A stretch of DNA of 64,000 bases from Endomicrobiales bacterium. GTDB taxonomy: Bacteria > Elusimicrobiota > Endomicrobiia > Endomicrobiales > CAWCFT01. Position numbers and translations under genes: made by a program. Each line of letters opens with the position of its first letter. Within the stretch, counting starts at the first letter, position 1. The stretch is from positions 1-64,000 of the forward strand of contig CAWCFT010000015.1 of the NCBI GenBank assembly GCA_963794945.1. The letters run 5' to 3'. The notes under the pieces are model-generated. The model was given only the letters and a program-made list of their open reading frames with translations, was not told where the DNA came from and did not search any database. Below, in pieces: positions 9,905 through 17,346 of this stretch.

Positions 9905-10230
9905 GATATGGTTTATATTTTATATACATTGTATAATATCACTATACCTATTAGTACATTTATAAACCTTATTGCCTATTTTATACATTCTAATCTATAT
10001 TTATGCACTCCTATAAAATTATAGCCCAGCTTTAGTATCATTTGTTTCTTATTTTGGTTTACCATCGTTTCTTTACCGCTTCACAGTTTTATTGACCAAA
10101 TATTGACCATTTCCCTCGCGCAAGACCCCTATTTGGTTAAAATTTGTTAAAGCCGGTTAAAGTCATTTTCAAGGGGATTACCGTCGAGAAAGCTATTTTT
10201 AGTCGGAAGGTTTCTTCTTTTCCTTTGGCA

Positions 10231-10269
10231 TTTCGAGACCGGCACCATCAACCACTCGGCCACCTCTCC
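10231..10269 (-). pseudogene. 5' half of tRNA-Ser(CGA), truncated after the anticodon loop
   Basis: GGAGAGGTGGCCGAGTGGTTGATGGTGCCGGTCTCGAAA gives acceptor 5' strand, D-arm, anticodon stem CCGGT and loop CT-CGA-AA. The next bases are TGCCA instead of ACCGG, and I found no 3' half in the window. Confidence 0.8.
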
Positions 10270-10399
10270 ATATATAAAATATTATTGTGCCTCGAAACCA
10301 TGGTTGTGGTGCACCCGGGCGCTCACTTCTCGCGCCCGCCAGCAGGCTTGTCCGGCTTATTCGCCGGACGCTGGCCCATCAACCACTCGGCCACCTCTC
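10245..10399. repeat. 24-bp direct repeat of the tRNA 5' segment flanking a 107-bp structured insert
   Basis: CCATCAACCACTCGGCCACCTCTC at 10245-10268 and 10376-10399. Confidence 0.9.
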
Positions 10400-10720
10400 T
10401 AATGTTAATGTATTATGCAGCGGCTTGATGACTTGATAAAATGATTAAACGCTTAATATGATATGAACATTGCACTATAAATTGTTTCTTGAGCATAGGA
10501 TTATATCATATTGAGCCCATTGTAGGCAAGGCTATTACGATAATGTCTAGGTTCCCAGGCCTTAACTTTAACATTATTAAAGAAGAATATTATCAGCTTT
10601 TTGAAGAATTTAACCATTGTTAATCACTGCCTAAAATGTGATATTGTAGATAAACTGCTTACACTGGGAATCATTTGAAGTCCGATCTGGCTCTTGAGGT
10701 CGGTTGAAAAAGGAGGGGCT

Positions 10721-11059
10721 ATGAAATTTATGTTATTTTTTAAAGGGGGTACACCCCAACTGCAAGGAAAAGACGCCCACAATATGCTTTGGCACGAACT
10801 AATGGAAGACCTTCGTTCAAAAGGCGTGCTTGAATCGGGTGCATTTTTTGGCGAGTTGGGAAAGAAAATCACACAGAAAGCAGTTTACGACTGGCGCCCA
10901 AAGAAAGAAGATTTAACAGGTTATATGGTGATTAATGTAACTTCGATGGAAGAAGCTGTAAAAATAGTCAACAGGGCGCCTCACTCCGGCCTTGGTGGAT
11001 CGACCGTTATCAGAACATGCCTTGCCACGGAACCAGCGATGGCCGCCAGCCACACCTAG
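10721..11059 (+). CDS. YciI/DGPF-like protein
   Basis: AGGAGG RBS before ATG 10721. 'MKFMLF...GYMVINVTSMEEAVKIV..APH...GG.TVIR' follows the YCII-related pattern. Confidence 0.7.
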   Translation: MKFMLFFKGGTPQLQGKDAHNMLWHELMEDLRSKGVLESGAFFGELGKKITQKAVYDWRPKKEDLTGYMVINVTSMEEAVKIVNRAPHSGLGGSTVIRTCLATEPAMAASHT

Positions 11060-11077
11060 CGCACCTAAGCGGATCTC

Positions 11078-11506
11078 TTAAGATCCTATCAAATACCGCT
11101 CCTCGTCCTTTTTAGGATAGTTGCCACTTTGAGGTTTTTTTTCATGCTGTTTTATCTTTATTATCAAATCATGAGGATCAAAGGGTTTTAATATACAGTC
11201 TTTGATACCGAGCGAATCCATGAATTTCTTGTGTTGCTGCTCAGTAAAATATCCGGTCATTGCTATTATAGGGATATTTGTCGTGCCGGCAAAATGTTTG
11301 AGGTCGTCGGCAACCTGAAAGCCGCTCTTACCGGTCATTTTCATGTCCAAAACAATTATATCGGGCTGTTTTTCTTCAGCGATTTTTACGACAAGTGCAC
11401 CGTCATTAATGGCCACAGCTTCAATATTTTCTTCCGTGAGCGCGTTTTTCAGCTCTTCCAGCAGCTCCATATCATCGTCGACTATCATAACTTTTTTTCT
11501 TTTCAT
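11078..11506 (-). CDS. Single-domain response regulator (receiver)
   Basis: 'VMIVDDD', 'PDIIVLDMKM', 'IIAMTG', 'KPFD'. Confidence 0.9.
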   Translation of the reverse strand: MKRKKVMIVDDDMELLEELKNALTEENIEAVAINDGALVVKIAEEKQPDIIVLDMKMTGKSGFQVADDLKHFAGTTNIPIIAMTGYFTEQQHKKFMDSLGIKDCILKPFDPHDLIIKIKQHEKKPQSGNYPKKDEERYLIGS

Positions 11507-11548
11507 TATTTACTCCCCTATCAGGCATCTCTTGAATTAAATTGCGAG

Positions 11549-12848
11549 CTAGAGTTTAACAACCTTTGGACTTTTGATATTTCTCGTAGCGTTCCTGCTG
11601 TCAATTACAAGCGCCGCGTTCGCAACAATTTCCGCGTAATCAATCGATGTATGATCGGTCACTATTACAACAGCATCGTATTTTTTAAGGTTTTTTGTGT
11701 CTCTGACTGACTTAAACTCCTTATCGCCCATACAGAAAACCGGTATATTGGGGTCGTAATACTCTACATTGGCCTTTTTATCGATCAACAATTTCAGCAC
11801 ATCCAGCGCCGGAGACTCCCTTATATCGCTTACATCCTTTTTGTAGGCCACGCCGAGTATAAGTATTTTGGCATTGAGAATGGACTTGCCGCGGCTGTTG
11901 ACCTCATCAACTACTTTTTGGACGAGGTACTCCGGCATCTTCGAGTTCATCTCGCCGGCTAACTCGATAAAACGCGAATAGAAGTTAAGGGTCTTTAGCT
12001 TCCAGGAAAGATAGTGTGGGTCAAGCGGTATGCAGTGCCCTCCTATTCCAGGCCCGGGATAGAAAGGTATAAAACCGAATGGTTTAGTGGCGGCAGCTTC
12101 TATAATTTCCCACACGTCCAGCTTAAGGCGGTCGCACATCAGAGCGACCTCGTTGACCAGGGCAATATTAACCGCCCTGAAAGTGTTCTCAAGCAGCTTC
12201 ACCATTTCCGCTGCCTCAGGAGAACTTACATATTTAACAGATGACGTTATTTTTGAATACAGCGAGGTGGCGAGCTTACCGCAATTCGCCGTTATCCCGC
12301 CAACCACCTTAGGGGTGTTGGTTATGTTGAATTTTTTGTTGTTCGGGTCAACCCTTTCCGGGCTGAAGGCGAGGAATATGTTCCTGCCACATTTCAACCC
12401 CTTCTTCTCAAGCATCGGCAAAACAAGTTCGCGAGTGGTGCCTGGATAAGTTGTAGACTCAAGCACTATCAACTGACCAGGCCGTATGTTTTCGGATATG
12501 CTGCTTGCGGCTGATATTATGTACGAAACGTCCGGATCTTTGGATTTTCTTAACGGCGTAGGCACACAGAACGATAACAACGTCGCATTTTTTCAGATTT
12601 GAAAAATCGGTCGTTGCCTTAAGCTTTTTGCCAGTGACAAGCGGCTCGAGTATGCTTGTGTCAACATCGCTGATATAAGATATCTTCCTGTTTATACTGA
12701 CTACCTTTTTTGAGTCAACTTCAAAGCCTTGCACTTCAAAACCCGCCCTTGCTAGTGCAACAGCAAGCGGAAGTCCTACATATCCAAGCCCGATAACCCC
12801 GACTCTTGCTCCGAAACTGTCTATCGCTTTAGCTAGCTCATTATACAT
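11549..12848 (-). CDS. UDP-N-acetylhexosamine/UDP-glucose 6-dehydrogenase (WbpA/WecC/TviB family); frameshift near 12580
   Basis: 'GLGYVGLP', 'CVPTP', 'ESTTYPGTT', 'KLLENTFRAVNIA', 'GIGGHCIP', spread over two ORFs. Confidence 0.92.
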
Positions 12849-12968
12849 CGTTCGTTCTCCTTTATATATTTTTTGCCGCCTCTTCCTGATGAAATTTCTT
12901 TTCGGCCTATCCTATTTTAAACTAACCCTATTTTCTGACCTCCTAATTCTTTAGACAAATGACAGAGT

Positions 12969-15401
12969 TCACCTGATAACCTCAACTTTTTTTTTGCTGC
13001 TAAGCCCCGGACCCTTAACATATGCAATGTAACACCCCGAAGCCATGCCTCTCGGGGTCCACTCGAACTTGCCTTCATTCACATTATCTTCAGATTGCTG
13101 CCATATAAGCTCGCCATTCAGCGAGTATATCATACAGTCGAACCTGCCGACGCCGGATCCTTTAAAATATATCTTCGCAGTGTCGCCCTGGTCCGGGTTT
13201 ATCACACCTCTATTTTTCGTAGAACCTAAAACCAAGATCTCGCCGGGGATCGCCAGAGAATCGCTGTTCAATTCGGATTTAGCATATACGGATACACAAG
13301 CCTCGTTCGAATAACACGAAAGTGTGTTCGCATCACAAGCAATTACTCGATAGAAATAGGTCATCCCGGGGGTTACGCTCTTGTCAATATATGATTCGGC
13401 GTTGGGCCCCAACGACGCTATTTGCAGATATGCACCGCTTGGCCCGAATTTTCGTTCGAGCCTTATTCCCGTTTCGCAATTCGAATTGTCAACCCAGGCA
13501 AGAGAAATAGATCCGTCCTGTAACGCTGTTGCGGTAAGGTTGGAAGGCGCAGCTACAACAATAACTCCGGTTTGCCCGGCAGCGGTGGCACTTGCCTCGT
13601 TTGAGTAAGCCGAATTTTGGCTGCCTACATAAGCCATGACACGGTAAAAATATATCGTGCCTGCGCTCAGGCCTTTATCATTGTAGAAAGTAGTGTTCGG
13701 GCCCAATGTCGTTAACAGCCCGTAAGTTCCGCCCGCGCCTATTTTTCTATCTACCTCGTATCCATCCGCAAAATTTGAATTGACTGTCCAATCAACCAAA
13801 ATAGAACCGTCAGCTAGTGCGGTTGCACTAAGGTTTGAAGGCGCATTTAGTGTGTATATCTGGGCCGGTATATTGTTTCCCAGATATTGCCATATGTATT
13901 GCGTAAGTGTTGTAGTTCCGGCGCAAAACCCCCGTGCTCCGTTTATCGAATATCCGTTATAAGCGGCCATCTTCGACCTTATCAATGCCTCGTTCGGGAA
14001 CGGCCACATCGGCACCCCGGTATCCGCATTGTAACCCGTGTCCCCCCAAAGCGACCCGGAAGCGCCTACAATGTTCTTAATGTCAGCTCCTATATCCGCC
14101 CCGCCCTGTCCGGCTCCTGCCAAGGGTGAACCACTTTCAACTCGCACTATATATTTTAAAGAACCTGAGCCGGCCGGGTCTGTGCCTGTTATATCATGCG
14201 CCCCGGCTGTCATATTGGGCCCGTAGTTTCCATTGTTCCCATAAAAGGCGTTGTAATCGGAATTGACAAAATAATCTAAAGCCTGGCTTGAAGCGCCGGT
14301 AATAGCATAAAATATCGAGTTTGTAACTGAGCAATTCCTGCCTCCCGGATATGCGCTTACTGCCGTAAGGCCGCTTGAACCAAGTACCAATGCGCCAAAA
14401 GTACAGTTAACGAAGGTAGTATTTGTCCCTTTTATCCTGCAAAGGCCCGCGGAATCTTCAGGCTCTGAATTATTCCAAAGGACACAATTCGAAAAATGGA
14501 TATTATAAGACATGGCATTCTGGTCGGTGTTTACGCCGCCTGACGTGTTATTCAAATTTATGCAATTGGTAAAGTTTATGTTCCAGGCCGACACATTAGT
14601 CGCCGGCACCAAAAATCCGCCGCAATATTCGTCCGCCGAATACTGGGCCGTTTGGTCGGTGTCAATAGCTATGCAGTTCTGAACTTCACAAGCCGAGGAT
14701 GAATAAACAGCAAAATTAGCCATAGGCTGAACGGCATTCATTCTGTCACCTCTTCCTACGCAGCTTCTTATTATGCAGTGGTCGGATAAATAAAACTCGA
14801 ACTTATACCTCCCGCTGCCGTAACCGTAGCAATTCTCGTAAAGACAATAGGAACACGAGTTCCCGCCGCAAAAGTTTGTATTATTGCCGTCACCGCAATC
14901 ATAAGCACCGCAATAGAAAAACTTAACATGCGTAATATGATCCATGTATTGATTACCATCCGGGTTGTGGCACCATACCAGGCCTATAAACTGCCAATAA
15001 GCGTCATTAACCGAATTCGCCTCATAATTAAACAAATCAACCGATGTCTGGCCGTCAAATACCGCCATGCCGTTATGCGCGGCCTGTATAGTTGTATAGG
15101 CGCTCGCGCTTCCATAAGGAGGGTATGTGCCGTTATGCGTTATCGCGTTACTGGCGCCGGTGTAAGTCCCGTCATTTACTATTAGCGTGTCCCCGCCTTT
15201 CATACTGCTCATAGCCTTTACCAGCGTCGCCCAAGGTGCTGCGCTTGAACCGTTGGCTGAGTCGTTACCGGTAGGGGATATATAGTATGTGGACGCAAAG
15301 ATATCGCCAGCCGCAACTGCAAACAGAATGCCTATAACAATACATTCTTTTAATTTGATTTCTCTAACGAAAAGTGAATAAAAAAACCGCCCTAATCTCA
15401 T
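12969..15401 (-). CDS. Secreted right-handed beta-helix protein with 2 FN3 domains and a T9SS-like C-terminal domain
   Basis: Signal peptide. 'YYISPTGNDSANGS..APWATL.KA....KGGDTLIVNDGTY' is a DUF1565/PL9-like start. Two 'APSNL.ATA..W....YFYRV.A' FN3 units. Tail ends 'ASGCYIAYVKGPG..KKKVEVIR'. Confidence 0.85.
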   Translation of the reverse strand: MRLGRFFYSLFVREIKLKECIVIGILFAVAAGDIFASTYYISPTGNDSANGSSAAPWATLVKAMSSMKGGDTLIVNDGTYTGASNAITHNGTYPPYGSASAYTTIQAAHNGMAVFDGQTSVDLFNYEANSVNDAYWQFIGLVWCHNPDGNQYMDHITHVKFFYCGAYDCGDGNNTNFCGGNSCSYCLYENCYGYGSGRYKFEFYLSDHCIIRSCVGRGDRMNAVQPMANFAVYSSSACEVQNCIAIDTDQTAQYSADEYCGGFLVPATNVSAWNINFTNCINLNNTSGGVNTDQNAMSYNIHFSNCVLWNNSEPEDSAGLCRIKGTNTTFVNCTFGALVLGSSGLTAVSAYPGGRNCSVTNSIFYAITGASSQALDYFVNSDYNAFYGNNGNYGPNMTAGAHDITGTDPAGSGSLKYIVRVESGSPLAGAGQGGADIGADIKNIVGASGSLWGDTGYNADTGVPMWPFPNEALIRSKMAAYNGYSINGARGFCAGTTTLTQYIWQYLGNNIPAQIYTLNAPSNLSATALADGSILVDWTVNSNFADGYEVDRKIGAGGTYGLLTTLGPNTTFYNDKGLSAGTIYFYRVMAYVGSQNSAYSNEASATAAGQTGVIVVAAPSNLTATALQDGSISLAWVDNSNCETGIRLERKFGPSGAYLQIASLGPNAESYIDKSVTPGMTYFYRVIACDANTLSCYSNEACVSVYAKSELNSDSLAIPGEILVLGSTKNRGVINPDQGDTAKIYFKGSGVGRFDCMIYSLNGELIWQQSEDNVNEGKFEWTPRGMASGCYIAYVKGPGLSSKKKVEVIR

Positions 15402-15433
15402 ACTGTTAAAAGTATACAATTAGGGCGGAGTCT

Positions 15434-15466
15434 AGTCTATGACTTATATCTACAAAATGCTGATTT
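15434..15466. promoter_or_regulatory. Conserved 33-bp upstream motif, copy 1
   Basis: 30/33 identical to 24284-24316, at the same distance from the ATG of a paralogous gene. Confidence 0.65.
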
Positions 15467-15510
15467 AAACGAACAATGGAACTATGAGAATTAGCTGAAA
15501 TATTGATGCA

Positions 15511-16488
15511 TTATCTATTACCCTGCATGGAAAATGCCTCATTCGAGAACGCAGGTTTGACGGAGGGCATATTGAACCTGTAGCCGATACTGATACGCTG
15601 AACAGAACTGAGGTTAGTCGATGGCAGGAACGCGTACCCGAACATAAACTGCCTGAACGCGAACTGCAGCCCTATCTGCATATTTGATTCACCATCATAC
15701 ACGCTGTATCCGGCATTCAAGGATATGGGCCCCAAACCTAATTCTATCCCGCCCGCCGGCACTGATGTTTCATCATTTGTAAGATACGTTACTCCGATTG
15801 TGGACAGGATATAAGCAAAACGCGTATGAATTAGATATCCTAACCCGGCGTAAACTCCTGTCGGCAAAGGGTTCGCTACATTAATGAATTTGGTTGAGGT
15901 TCCAAGGTTCTGCGCAGCGAGCGATATGGAAAAATTACTGGATGGCGTCAACAGAATCCCGGCGTCCGCAGCATAGGCGTTAGCCGTACTTCTTTCGGCA
16001 AGGTCACTGGATGCCGCTTTTAGATTCACGCCCCAGGATAACAACTTGGAAGCCTGATGCTGGAAGGAAACAAAACCCATCATATCCCTTTCAGCTGTTA
16101 CGTTTTGGGTATTCAGGACTCCATTATTATCCAGCCAGTTGAGTTCAGCGACCCCTGCATCATAGTAAGCAAAACCCGCGGCTATCATGCCGTTGTGCAG
16201 CGGTTCACCGTATATCAAACTGCCGAATACGTCGTCGGCAAGTCCCTGTTCGGAACTGAATGTCAGCTCACGTTCGTTAATCGTTCCAAGGATAGCCGGA
16301 TTATAAAGAGCACCGGAAATATCCGCATGTGACGGTGCGGCCGACGATATGCCGCTGAACTGTGCCGAATGTATCTTGCTGAATATATCCCATCCGGAAG
16401 TGCCGACATCAGCGCACGCCAAAACGACAAATAACGACATAACAAAAGATACGGCTATGACTGTTTTGAACTTACAAACTCTTTTCAA
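15511..16488 (-). CDS. PorV/PorQ (UPF0164)-like outer-membrane beta-barrel, divergent
   Basis: TTG start after AGGAG, signal peptide, 'ALYNPAILG', 'YAADAGIL', 'QNLG', and a beta-signal-like 'QRISIGYRF' near the C-terminus. Confidence 0.75.
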   Translation of the reverse strand: MKRVCKFKTVIAVSFVMSLFVVLACADVGTSGWDIFSKIHSAQFSGISSAAPSHADISGALYNPAILGTINERELTFSSEQGLADDVFGSLIYGEPLHNGMIAAGFAYYDAGVAELNWLDNNGVLNTQNVTAERDMMGFVSFQHQASKLLSWGVNLKAASSDLAERSTANAYAADAGILLTPSSNFSISLAAQNLGTSTKFINVANPLPTGVYAGLGYLIHTRFAYILSTIGVTYLTNDETSVPAGGIELGLGPISLNAGYSVYDGESNMQIGLQFAFRQFMFGYAFLPSTNLSSVQRISIGYRFNMPSVKPAFSNEAFSMQGNR

Positions 16489-16516
16489 ATTACTCTCCTA
16501 TGTATCATAATTTAAT

Positions 16517-16900
16517 TTATTTTATTATTACAATCTTCTTGCTTTTATCAATGCCGGGGCCGTTGATATGAGCCACGTAGGTGCCGCTTGCTGTTTTGCC
16601 GGGAGCCCATTCGAACATCCCTTCAGCAACACCGTTCACGGAATCCTTGCGGACGATTTCACCGGAAATCGCGTACACTTTAAGATCATATTTCCCTTTT
16701 ACTTTGCCAATGAAATATATCTTTGCAGTATCTCCTTTGTCCGGGTTTATGGTGCCTTTGTTCTGTGTTGAACCTACTATCTTCATTTCACCAGGCGAGA
16801 TCGTCGAATAAACATCTGCCTGAGAAGAAGCGCCAGCCGCGATCCACGGCAGTAAAATCATCGCAATACATAATGCACTGAACACCGGTAAATTCTTCAA
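16517..16900 (-). CDS. Signal peptide + stand-alone T9SS-like C-terminal domain (subtype B)
   Basis: TTG start after AAGGAGGT. The whole mature protein aligns by eye with the tails of the proteins ending at 12969 and 17347. Confidence 0.85.
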   Translation of the reverse strand: MKNLPVFSALCIAMILLPWIAAGASSQADVYSTISPGEMKIVGSTQNKGTINPDKGDTAKIYFIGKVKGKYDLKVYAISGEIVRKDSVNGVAEGMFEWAPGKTASGTYVAHINGPGIDKSKKIVIIK

Positions 16901-16921
16901 CTAATACCTCCTTTTTGGGCG

Positions 16922-16961
16922 AAAAAAAATACCGCCTCATTAATAGCCTGAGATAACGGTA
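16922..16961 (-). terminator. Intrinsic terminator inside a 5' leader (attenuator candidate)
   Basis: TACCGT..CTCA-loop-TGAGGCGGTA followed by U8, about 10 nt upstream of the RBS and downstream of a consensus promoter. Confidence 0.65.
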
Positions 16962-17031
16962 GTTTTAGTAGTTCGTCGAACGCAAAAATGGTAGAGCTGA
17001 ATCCGTACGCAAACACCTGTTATGCTTGTAT

Positions 17032-17060
17032 AAAGTAGCACAAAACATATTATATGTCAA
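17032..17060 (-). promoter_or_regulatory. sigma70 promoter for the CTD-PorV-like operon
   Basis: TTGACA (17055-17060)-N17-TACTTT (17032-17037), with an extended TG and an AT-rich upstream tract. Confidence 0.65.
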
Positions 17061-17095
17061 GTAGTTTATTTTTATTTACAAAAAATATTAAAAAT

Positions 17096-17136
17096 AAAAA
17101 CAGCGGATAATAACGATCACTATTCGCGCTGTTTTT
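17096..17136. terminator. Bidirectional terminator-like hairpin after the giant gene
   Basis: AAAAACAGCG (17096-17105) / CGCTGTTTTT (17127-17136). Confidence 0.6.
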
Positions 17137-17153
17137 ACAATGTCTTTCGTATA

Positions 17154-17266
17154 GTGGCGACCCCTCCGGCTAAAGCCGGAGGCTCCTTAATCCTGTCGCC
17201 CTCCCGGGACGAATGCGAACGCATTCCTCCCCGTCTAAAGACGAGGGATTTCATGTCGCGGGATTA
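17154..17266 (+). mobile_element. Non-autonomous IS200/IS605-derived mini element (PATE-like)
   Basis: Two hairpins with CTAAAG loops (17163-17182 and 17228-17248) in left-end/right-end arrangement, with no ORF between them. Confidence 0.65.
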
Positions 17267-17346
17267 GCCAGAACCGTCATATCATATGCCATTTTGCTTG
17301 ATTGCTGCTTTTGAACAATGAAATTAAATTTTGCAAAAACAAAAAT

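Larger units (their letters stand above)
3310..10230. mobile_element. Defence-type genomic island (no integrase in window; left border uncertain)
   Basis: Conflict and TA cargo. The right border is at a tRNA anticodon loop and is flanked by phased short direct repeats. Confidence 0.55.

Noticed and set aside
10000..10269. Group I intron in the tRNA-Ser anticodon loop
   Set aside because: No 3' exon found in the window, no recognisable P7 core, and the loop is complete up to position 38.
10245..10399. CRISPR array
   Set aside because: Only two repeat copies, the repeat is tRNA sequence, the spacer is 107 bp, and there are no cas genes.
10144..10428. 94-aa plus-strand ORF
   Set aside because: It overlaps the tRNA fragment and hairpins, has a TTG start without RBS, and shows no protein-like features.
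12905..12950. Short CCTATTTT-like repeats before the dehydrogenase
   Set aside because: Too short and low-complexity to support a call.
16990..17012. c-di-AMP (ydaO) riboswitch suggested by GCTGAATCCGTACG
   Set aside because: It is on the strand opposite to the downstream gene, and the rest of the ydaO consensus is missing.
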